Assembly: GCA_965223505.1 (NCBI GenBank)
Contig: CBDCWP010000023.1
Span: 1-11,773, forward strand
From: Planctomycetota bacterium
GTDB lineage: Bacteria > Planctomycetota > PLA2 > JAEUHO01
Length of the DNA: 11,773 nt
Reading direction: 5' to 3'
The notes beneath the pieces are model-generated. The model was not told the DNA's origin. It saw only the letters and a program-made list of their open reading frames with translations, and did no database searches. A program made the position numbers and the translations under genes. This document shows, piece by piece, positions 1 through 6,954 of this stretch; position 1 is the stretch's first letter, and each line of letters starts with the position of its first letter.

Positions 1-254
1 GAGTGTCGTTTCGTGCCCTGCGGGCGCGCCCAAATCTCTTTACGGTGCGATTTGGGCTCCGTAGAGTACGGCGGCTTACGGGTCGCCACCGGCGCGGGAG
101 TTCCGGTGCGTGGCCTGAGAAACGCTGGGAGGCGTAGGACGTTACTCCGCTTCAGCCATGGCTTTAGCGGGGTGGCCAAGTACGGACATCTCTCGTTTCG
201 CGGCGCGCGCCGCGGATCGGGACCAAATGGGAATCGGCCCGGTGGGGGTCGATC

Positions 255-260
255 GAGGAG
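255..260 (+). promoter_or_regulatory. Shine-Dalgarno site for the 267 start
   Basis: GAGGAG 6 nt upstream of ATG267. Confidence 0.8.
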
Positions 261-266
261 CGCTCT

Positions 267-2456
267 ATGTTGCGCGGTTTGTTTTCACGCTTCGGCTGTG
301 TGGCCATGGTGTTCTGCCTGGTCATCTTCTCGTGCCTGACGACCTCCTGCTCGGGAGGCGGCGTCGCGGCGCGGGAGATGGTGCTGGTCGAGTTCCTTCT
401 CGTTGATCGTTCGTTGCGTCCCGTTTCTCCCACCGGAACGGAAGACCTTGCGCGCAACGCGCAGATCCTCTTCGTGTTCTCGGAGATCGTGAACGCGAAC
501 ACCGTCACCCAGCAGACGATCCAAATTCGGTACGGTCCTACGTTCCAGAGCGTGCCGGAAGGCTCGTTCTCCGTGAACGGCAACCAGGTCCGTTTCGACC
601 CGACGGTGACCGCCCAGGGTCAGCCGAACCCGTACGGGTTCCGCCCGGTCGAGCGCTACTCGGTCGACATCCCCAACTTCGAGGAGCAGGATCAGGTCGT
701 CGAGAACGCCGACTTCGACCCGAACCTCACGACCTTCTTCACCTCGTACCGGACGTCGGACGGCTTCCTGCGCGAGCTCATTCCGCCGGAGATCCTGGAC
801 GTGTTCTTCATTCCGGATCCGGATCCGCTGACGAAGAACATCCCCGGCAACGGCATCCTCGCGTTCCTGTTCACGGAGCCGATGCAGATCGGTTCGTTCA
901 TTCAGGGGCCGAGCGACGACAGCGGTCCGGACGTCAACACCACGATCGACGTTCGCTACACGCCCGGGGATCAGATCAACATCGACAACCTGGTCGCGAA
1001 CTTCGCGGTTCCCGGCACGTTCTCGCAGAACGCCGCCGCGACGATCGCCTTCTTCCGTCCGACGTTCTCGTTCGGCAACAAGAAGCTCGTATTCACCGCG
1101 CAGGTCTTCCAGGGCCTGACGGATCTCTCGGGCAACCTGTTGATCAACCCGCAGAGCTACGGCCCGTTCACCTGTGACGGCACCGGCATCGAGACGGGCA
1201 AGGTCATCACGGAGGACTTCCTCACGCAGGATCCGAACGTCATCGACTTCATCGAGACGGACGCCGACTGGGGCGTGTCGGAGCCCGGTGTGCTGAAGAG
1301 CGTGCCGATCTCGAGCCGGAACGCCTACCTCTTCGGCTATCCCTACGCGGACGGCCTCGCGGGTGGCGGCGGCTCGTTGAGCGGCAACGGCCAGTACGCG
1401 GCGATCGTCGACCCCCTCACGGGCGCCGACCTCAACAACTTCGTCACGGGCATCAACCCGCCGACCTCGGCTGGTCGTCGCGCCATGTGGTCGTACTCGG
1501 ACACCGAGATCGGCGCACCGGGCTCGGTCACCGCGATCGGATGGGGTCCGGACAGCAACGCGACGTTCGCCGCCTTCCACCAGCAGATCATCATGCGGAT
1601 GGGCTTCCAGGAAGGCAACTCGATGACGCTCGGCACGAGCTTCTCGGGCAACTACGCGGGCGGCGCCGACGCGATCCTCTACAACGGGTCGTACTCCATC
1701 GTGCAGGCCGCCAACCACGGCAACACGCCGGGGCACCCGGTCACGCCGCACCAGGGCCCGTATCTCGACAACTTCGGGTGTACGAGCCCGAACATGACGT
1801 CGATCGCCAACTGGAACCTGCCGCTGTTCAGCGCCACGGGATTCTACGGCTGGCCTGAGCTGACGCAGTTCTTCGAGTGGGACGCCGGCGACGAGAACGT
1901 CGACAACGACAGCGTGCTGATCTTCGACGTGAGCGTCACCGAGGGTGACAGCTTCCAGCAGTTCCGCGCGTGGTTCGGTGTCACGTTCCCGTGCTCGGGC
2001 GTGCTCATCACGGGCTTCCCGGGACGCCGCCTGTACGCGACGTTCGAGGAGGATCAGGCCAACCCGACGACCAATCTCACGGCCGGGATCCTGAACCCCG
2101 AGCCGACGATCATGGACATGTGCTTCACGATCACGAAGCGCGTGAGCGTCGCGCAGTCGACGTTTTACCCGGCAGCGGTCACGTTCGGCCCCAACACGGA
2201 CTACCGTCCGGCGGAGCTGAGCCCGCAGGTGCAGGTCGGCGGCGCGCAGCTGGTCGTGGAGTTCCAGGGCGCCGAGATCGTCGACATGGACAACATCACG
2301 ATCAACGCGGCCGGGCAGTCGACGGGCTGGACACAGGACATCGACGACCTGGACGGAATGGATCGCGTGCGCTGGCGCGTGTTCCTGATCGCGAACCTCG
2401 AGGAGCTGACGCTGGCCAGGTTGGTGCAGCTGCGCATCCCGATGGTGAGCAACTAG
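267..2456 (+). CDS. Secreted lipoprotein, 729 aa, with two Ig-like (Big_5/PF13205-type) domains, an unknown central beta-rich domain and a conserved C-terminal domain (paralog A)
   Basis: Long ORF with strong C/G third-position bias and a good RBS. Basic-hydrophobic signal ends LTTS-C28-SGGG. Big_5-like patterns: 'NAQILFVFSEIVNANTV...SFSVNGNQVRFDP...YSVDI' and 'LAFLFTEPM...IAFFRP...GLTDLSGNLL'. C-terminal motifs shared with the next gene. Confidence 0.85.
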   Translation: MLRGLFSRFGCVAMVFCLVIFSCLTTSCSGGGVAAREMVLVEFLLVDRSLRPVSPTGTEDLARNAQILFVFSEIVNANTVTQQTIQIRYGPTFQSVPEGSFSVNGNQVRFDPTVTAQGQPNPYGFRPVERYSVDIPNFEEQDQVVENADFDPNLTTFFTSYRTSDGFLRELIPPEILDVFFIPDPDPLTKNIPGNGILAFLFTEPMQIGSFIQGPSDDSGPDVNTTIDVRYTPGDQINIDNLVANFAVPGTFSQNAAATIAFFRPTFSFGNKKLVFTAQVFQGLTDLSGNLLINPQSYGPFTCDGTGIETGKVITEDFLTQDPNVIDFIETDADWGVSEPGVLKSVPISSRNAYLFGYPYADGLAGGGGSLSGNGQYAAIVDPLTGADLNNFVTGINPPTSAGRRAMWSYSDTEIGAPGSVTAIGWGPDSNATFAAFHQQIIMRMGFQEGNSMTLGTSFSGNYAGGADAILYNGSYSIVQAANHGNTPGHPVTPHQGPYLDNFGCTSPNMTSIANWNLPLFSATGFYGWPELTQFFEWDAGDENVDNDSVLIFDVSVTEGDSFQQFRAWFGVTFPCSGVLITGFPGRRLYATFEEDQANPTTNLTAGILNPEPTIMDMCFTITKRVSVAQSTFYPAAVTFGPNTDYRPAELSPQVQVGGAQLVVEFQGAEIVDMDNITINAAGQSTGWTQDIDDLDGMDRVRWRVFLIANLEELTLARLVQLRIPMVSN

Positions 2457-2462
2457 AGACAA

Positions 2463-2502
2463 CCTCACTCGCCCGCGCTCTTCGGAGCGTGGGCGGACGA
2501 GG
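2463..2502 (+). other. Stable stem-loop with C(UUCG)G tetraloop just downstream of paralog A, with no U-tract
   Basis: CGCCCGCGCTC-TTCG-GAGCGTGGGCG (2470-2495; 11 bp including one G.U), extendable by CCTC/GAGG to 2463-2502. Confidence 0.75.
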
Positions 2503-2644
2503 GGATGAGAGCGTCGGTCGTGTCCGGCACGGCGGCGCTCGACCGGCGGCGGCCCAATGGGCGGCCGCCGGGGTGGTTTGGGCAGAATGCGGAATGGGGC
2601 GGGCCTTCAGGCGCGCTCCGTTTCGGCTACGGGAATTGAGAACC

Positions 2645-2648
2645 GGAG
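2645..2648 (+). promoter_or_regulatory. Shine-Dalgarno site for the 2658 start
   Basis: GGAG 9 nt upstream of ATG2658. Confidence 0.65.
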
Positions 2649-2657
2649 AACTCACGA

Positions 2658-5600
2658 ATGCGTCGTCCTCGTTTGTCTTGCGTCCTGATGCTGACGCTGA
2701 CGCTCGCCGTCTCCGTATCCATGACCTCGTGTTCAGGTGGTGATGGCGACGGCAACCAAGACCTTGTTCTAGTCGGTACGAATCTGCCCGGCATTGCAGG
2801 CATCGCGTTGAATCAGCCGCTGATCCTCACGTTCAGCGCGCTCGTCGATCCCTTCTCGATCACGCCCGACACCTTGCGCGTCGTCGGCGCGCAGGGGCCG
2901 TTCTTCGAGACCACGGTCGTGGACCGCAATCTCGTCGCGTTGCTTCCCGCAATCGCGAACTTCGAGAACTACTCGGACTCCGGCTACGCGCCCGGCGTCG
3001 AATACACCGTCAGCTTCGCCGTGTTCCCGGCGCCGAGCACGATTCGTACGCCCGACGGGAAGCCGTTGATCCAGGCGTTCAGCTCGTCGTTCACCACGTT
3101 GCCCTTCCCGGGATTCATCGAGACGCGGCGTCCGATCAACCACGGGCTGCCGCCCAGCCTCGGCGGGACGAGCGACGACGAGGGCTGCCTGCAGAACGTC
3201 GGCAACCTGCTCTTCCAGCCTCCCGGCATCGTTCAGACCGGAACGGGGCCCGGCGCGACGTTGTTGTGTCTCCAGAACGAAGGCCAGCCTCGCATCATCG
3301 AGCCCGAGAGCGAGCCGCGGCACGACGCCATCAACGTCGGGACTCCGTCGGCCGTGAACCCGAGCTTCATCGACCTGCCCGCGCTGCGCGTGCGGGGGAA
3401 CGAGGCGTTCGACCCGCTCACGACGGCGCCGTACACGCCGACCACGCAGCTCGGCACCAACGTCCAGCTCTGGCACGTCGCCAACAAGGACGGCTCGCCC
3501 GTGGCCGGCGGTCCCCAGCAGGTCGAGACGAACAAGCCGTTGATCGTGCAGAGCCTGGCGCTCGGCACGCAGGTCATCCTGGTTCCGTCGCGAGCGGTTC
3601 CCCAGGGCATCTACATGATCAACATCACCGGCAACGTCACCGACATGGCGGGGTTGCCGTTGCGCATCGACGACCGGCCGGACCCGGCGCCCGGTGGCTA
3701 CGACGTGTACGAGGCGGCCCCGGCATTCCAGCTGGCCGTGCCCGCGGGATACCGCATCTACTTCAAGACGCTCGAGCTGCCCGGCACGGCGCAGGCGATC
3801 GACGAGAGCTTCTCCAGCAACGCGCGCGAGTGGGGCAACGACACCGTCGCCTCGACCGGCGTGCAGGAAGACGGGCTCTATACCTCGACGTTGCCCGACC
3901 CGACGCCGCTTCCGGCCGGGACGTACGACGGCGATCCGGACCTCCCCTTCCCCTTGGGGCCGACGCCGGCGTTCACGCTGCAAGACACCAACGCGCTTTG
4001 TGGTCAGAGCACGACCGCGAACTGGAACGGCGGCAACCGCTTCCTGAACTTGCCGAACCTGCAGCTCAACCCCGATGCGTCGGGTGGCGGCGGTGAGCTC
4101 AAGGCCGTGTGGAGGCCGTACTGCGGTTCGGGCAACGACGGCATCTTCGACAGCAATCTGCCGCCGAACAACCCGGGGCCCGGCGACGACATCCTGATCG
4201 ACAGCGATGCCACGTCGATCGACGGCATCCTGGAGTACGACTCGTTCAACCTGCGGCCCGGCGACAAGATGACCGTGAGCGGCAGCAAGCCGCTGCTGAT
4301 TCTGGTGCGCGGGGACTTCTGCTGCGAGGGCGAGATCGTCCTCGACGGTGGAGACGGCGGTCCCGGCCTGAACACCGACGGCACGAGCCTCTACAACAAT
4401 GCGGGCGCGACGCGCACGTCCGGCATCGGCGGCATCCCCGGCCCGGGTGGCTCGCCCGGTGGTGACGGCGGCGATCCGAGTCTGACGTTCACCGCGGGTG
4501 GAACCGGCAACCCGGCGTCCACGCCGATCGGTCTGTTCGGCCCCTACCTGTCCACGATCACGCCGATCACGGCAGCCGCGCAGTCGTTCTGCTGTCCCGG
4601 TATCGAGGGCGGCGGTGGCGGCGGGTTCGGGGAAGCCGGAACGTCGGCGACCGAGCAGGGCGGTGTGCCGCCCAACGGCGGCCTGGGCAACGGCGGGCCG
4701 GTCTTCGGCGACCCGCTCTTCCTGCGGGAGATCGCGTTGTTCATTCCGGATCGCATCTACGTGCCGAACGCCAACATCTGCGGCGGCAACGGCGGCACGG
4801 GGGGCGCGGCCGACGACGACCTCGCGGCCAACGCGGACGACGACATCGGCAACCTCGGCTCGCAGGACGGCGGTGACGGCACGATCAGCCTCGCCAGCGC
4901 CGACGACGGCGGGGGCGGGGGCGGCGGCGGCGGCGGCGCCCTGTGGGTGATCTGCTGTGGCGAGGTCCGCATCAAGGCGGGTGGATACATCCACGCCAAC
5001 GGCGGCAACGGTGGCAACACGTACGGAGCAGCCGATCAGATCCTCGATCTGGGTGACGACGGCGAGTTGGGCGGCGGCGACGACTTCGTCGTCGGCGCGA
5101 ACACCGCCGCGGCGCCTTCGGGCGACGGCGGCCCCGGCGGCGGCGGTTCCGGCGGCGCGATCTTCCTGGTCGGTGGCACGGGCTGCATCGTCGATGCCGG
5201 TGGCCGGCTCGAGTGCCTCGGCGGCACCGGCGGCGGCGCGCTCGACCCGACGTTGACGGGCGGCAACGGCGGCAAGGGCCGCGTCCTGCTGATGAACCTC
5301 GCCGGCGGACCGGCTCCGGTCGACAACTCCAACCCGAACGACGTCGATCCGTCCGCGGTCACAGGGACCTTCGTTCCGACCGTGGACACCGCCAGCGTCG
5401 GAACCAGCATCTGGCTCGACCTGTTCACGCCGACGGCCGACTTCTTCCCGGCGGGCCCGAACGCACCGTTCTTCAACACGAACTTCAACTTCCTGAACCT
5501 GAACGGCGGCGCCGGCTTGTTCAGCGCGACGTTGGAGTTCCAGGGCGCGAACGACTTCCTGCCGCTGCCTCCGGGCGGACCGCTCTCGCCGGCATCCAGC

Positions 5601-5768
5601 GACGGACTGACGGCCTGGGTCGGCATTGCCGGCATCGACGCGATCGACATGAAGCGCTTCGTCAGGTTCCGCTGGCGGTTCTCCGTCGATCCTGCGTTCC
5701 CGGGCTTCGGCCTGACCGCGTTGCCGATGCCGACGATCCTGGATGTGACGATCCCGTATCAGAACTAG
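2658..5768 (+). CDS. Secreted lipoprotein, 1036 aa, with two Ig-like (Big_5-type) domains, a glycine-rich central domain and the conserved C-terminal domain (paralog B)
   Basis: Signal MRRPR+hydrophobic ends SMTS-C25-SGG. Big_5-like 'LNQPLILTFSALVDPFSIT...PGVEYTVSF...DGKPL...SSSFTT' and 'VILVPS...YMINITGNVTDMAGLPL...IYFKT'. GGxGGxG runs alternate with beta-strands at about 4345-5290. C-terminus EFQGA...RFVRFRW...IPY. Confidence 0.88.
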   Translation: MRRPRLSCVLMLTLTLAVSVSMTSCSGGDGDGNQDLVLVGTNLPGIAGIALNQPLILTFSALVDPFSITPDTLRVVGAQGPFFETTVVDRNLVALLPAIANFENYSDSGYAPGVEYTVSFAVFPAPSTIRTPDGKPLIQAFSSSFTTLPFPGFIETRRPINHGLPPSLGGTSDDEGCLQNVGNLLFQPPGIVQTGTGPGATLLCLQNEGQPRIIEPESEPRHDAINVGTPSAVNPSFIDLPALRVRGNEAFDPLTTAPYTPTTQLGTNVQLWHVANKDGSPVAGGPQQVETNKPLIVQSLALGTQVILVPSRAVPQGIYMINITGNVTDMAGLPLRIDDRPDPAPGGYDVYEAAPAFQLAVPAGYRIYFKTLELPGTAQAIDESFSSNAREWGNDTVASTGVQEDGLYTSTLPDPTPLPAGTYDGDPDLPFPLGPTPAFTLQDTNALCGQSTTANWNGGNRFLNLPNLQLNPDASGGGGELKAVWRPYCGSGNDGIFDSNLPPNNPGPGDDILIDSDATSIDGILEYDSFNLRPGDKMTVSGSKPLLILVRGDFCCEGEIVLDGGDGGPGLNTDGTSLYNNAGATRTSGIGGIPGPGGSPGGDGGDPSLTFTAGGTGNPASTPIGLFGPYLSTITPITAAAQSFCCPGIEGGGGGGFGEAGTSATEQGGVPPNGGLGNGGPVFGDPLFLREIALFIPDRIYVPNANICGGNGGTGGAADDDLAANADDDIGNLGSQDGGDGTISLASADDGGGGGGGGGGALWVICCGEVRIKAGGYIHANGGNGGNTYGAADQILDLGDDGELGGGDDFVVGANTAAAPSGDGGPGGGGSGGAIFLVGGTGCIVDAGGRLECLGGTGGGALDPTLTGGNGGKGRVLLMNLAGGPAPVDNSNPNDVDPSAVTGTFVPTVDTASVGTSIWLDLFTPTADFFPAGPNAPFFNTNFNFLNLNGGAGLFSATLEFQGANDFLPLPPGGPLSPASSDGLTAWVGIAGIDAIDMKRFVRFRWRFSVDPAFPGFGLTALPMPTILDVTIPYQN
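4908..4937 (+). repeat. In-frame poly-Gly codon run (Gly10, ending in (GGC)6)
   Basis: ggc ggg ggc ggg (ggc)6 inside paralog B. Confidence 0.9.
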
Positions 5769-5792
5769 CGAGCCTTGCTCGCGGCAACGGTT

Positions 5793-5815
5793 TGGCCGTG
5801 ACGAATGGCCGTGAC
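5793..5815. repeat. Perfect 10-bp direct repeat TGGCCGTGAC x2 with a 13-bp period
   Basis: Copies at 5793-5802 and 5806-5815 in the intergenic region. Confidence 0.85.
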
Positions 5816-5820
5816 CACTT

Positions 5821-5858
5821 GGAAGCCCCGGGGCCTGCGCCTCGGGGCTTTCTTTCTC
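5821..5858 (+). terminator. Rho-independent terminator downstream of the lipoprotein pair
   Basis: AAGCCCCGGGGC-CTGC-GCCTCGGGGCTT stem (5823-5850, one G.U) running into the U-rich tail TCTTTCTC. Confidence 0.75.
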
Positions 5859-5883
5859 TCGAGGAAGGGTCTTCCCAGTCGCG

Positions 5884-6954
5884 ATGAGCTCGAGACGCCC
5901 CGGACTGCTGGTACGCCTGCTCGCGACGCTCGTCGCGCGGCTGTACCTGCGGCGCCCGCAGATGGCGGAGGTGATTGCGATTCGTTACGGCTCCCTCCGC
6001 GCCGTTCTGGTCGGCGTCGCCAACGAGGTGGCCTACCGCCTGGGGGCGTCGCGGGCGCCCGGGATGCTCTCCGCGAACATCGAGCTCACCAACCACTGCA
6101 ATCTCAAGTGCAGCTTCTGTCCGACGGGCAACGGCCTCATGCAGCGGCCGCGTGGTTTCATGGACGCGGACGTGTTCCGCAAGGCGCTGCGGGGTGCGGG
6201 ACCGCTCGAGTTCGTGCTGTTGTTCCAATGGGGCGAGTCCCTGCTCCATCCGACGTTCACCGAGCTCGCCAAGGAAGCAGCCCGGCGTGCCCGCACGTTG
6301 GTGACGACGAACGGAACGTTGCTCGACGAGCGCCGCGTCCGGCAGGTCATCGATGCCGGTCTCGATCGGGTGACCGTCTCGATCGACGGTGACGCCGCCA
6401 CGCACGAAGACGTGCGCGGTGTGCCGTTGCAACGTACGCGCGACGGGTTGGATCGACTGCTTGCAGCGCGTGACGCGGAGCGGCCCGACATGGCGGTCGA
6501 CGTGTCCATGGTGATCGCGCCCGAGACCGAGCGTGCGGCGGCGTCCTTCCGCGAGACGTTTGCCGATCGCGTGGATCGCGTGCAGCAGATTCCCCTTCTC
6601 ACGGAGGGTGAGCGACGCACCCGCTGCCGCGAGCCTTGGCGCAGCGGCCCCGTCGTCCTCCAGGACGGCCGCGTGACGGTGTGCTGCGTCGACCACGACG
6701 GGGATCTGGCCGTCGGCGACGTGCGCGAGCAGTCGCTCAAGGAAATCTGGAACGGTCCGCGCATGCGCGCGGTGCGGAAGGCGCACGCGTCGGGCGAGCT
6801 TCCGCCCCTCTGCGCCAAGTGCACGGAGTACCCGACCGACGCGGCGGCGCCGCGCTTCTCGAAGCGCGAGGAGGCGTCCGCCGATGCGCCGCACCTCAAG
6901 CACGCGAAGCCGCGGCCGAAGCGCCGGCGCGTCGCCGAGAGATCGACGCCGTGA
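5884..6954 (+). CDS. Radical SAM protein with C-terminal SPASM/twitch (PF13186-type) domain, 356 aa
   Basis: IELTNHCNLKCSFC (CxxxCxxC, 6097-6120), WGESLLHP, TTNGTLL, VTVSIDG. Twitch-like CREPW...DGRVTVCC...GDV...SLKEIWNG...CAKC. The start is uncertain (weak RBS; in-frame ATG5962 is an alternative). Confidence 0.9.
   Translation: MSSRRPGLLVRLLATLVARLYLRRPQMAEVIAIRYGSLRAVLVGVANEVAYRLGASRAPGMLSANIELTNHCNLKCSFCPTGNGLMQRPRGFMDADVFRKALRGAGPLEFVLLFQWGESLLHPTFTELAKEAARRARTLVTTNGTLLDERRVRQVIDAGLDRVTVSIDGDAATHEDVRGVPLQRTRDGLDRLLAARDAERPDMAVDVSMVIAPETERAAASFRETFADRVDRVQQIPLLTEGERRTRCREPWRSGPVVLQDGRVTVCCVDHDGDLAVGDVREQSLKEIWNGPRMRAVRKAHASGELPPLCAKCTEYPTDAAAPRFSKREEASADAPHLKHAKPRPKRRRVAERSTP

Noticed and set aside
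111..178. Resemblance to a c-di-GMP-I riboswitch (GNRA hairpin, then ...TAGCGGGGTGGCC)
   Set aside because: The conserved GCAAA...GACGCAAA core and the tetraloop receptor are not present, so the similarity is superficial. An Rfam scan would settle it.
13..339. 108-aa and 82-aa + strand ORFs in the upstream region
   Set aside because: No codon bias, RBS or motifs, and they overlap the lipoprotein start in other frames.
285..2468. 727-aa antisense ORF (likewise 2769-4994, 5662-6903, 6033-7985 and 9892-11382 on the - strand)
   Set aside because: These are shadow ORFs of GC-rich, codon-biased + strand genes. They are Arg/Val/Ala-rich, have no recognisable motifs, and overlap well-supported genes almost entirely.
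4345..5295. PE_PGRS or collagen annotation for the Gly-rich region
   Set aside because: There is no PE domain and no sustained Gly-X-Y periodicity. The similarity would be compositional only.
5793..5822. Sigma-54 promoter at the TGGC repeats
   Set aside because: There is no TTGC at the required -12 spacing for either copy.
5769..5883. RiPP precursor peptide for the SPASM radical SAM enzymes
   Set aside because: No short ORF with an RBS was found in this or the other intergenic regions, the enzymes show no evident RRE, and the glycosyltransferase context favours glycan or lipid substrates.
6636..6950. Extended N-termini given by the ORF track for rSAM2 (6636), GT9 (7856) and the TMTC-like gene (8656)
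   Set aside because: They overlap conserved domains of the upstream genes. In-frame starts at the [AG]TGA overlaps are much more plausible.
6895..6954. NLS-like basic tail KPRPKRRR on rSAM1
   Set aside because: Most likely an unconstrained GC-rich C-terminal extension reaching the overlap with the next gene.
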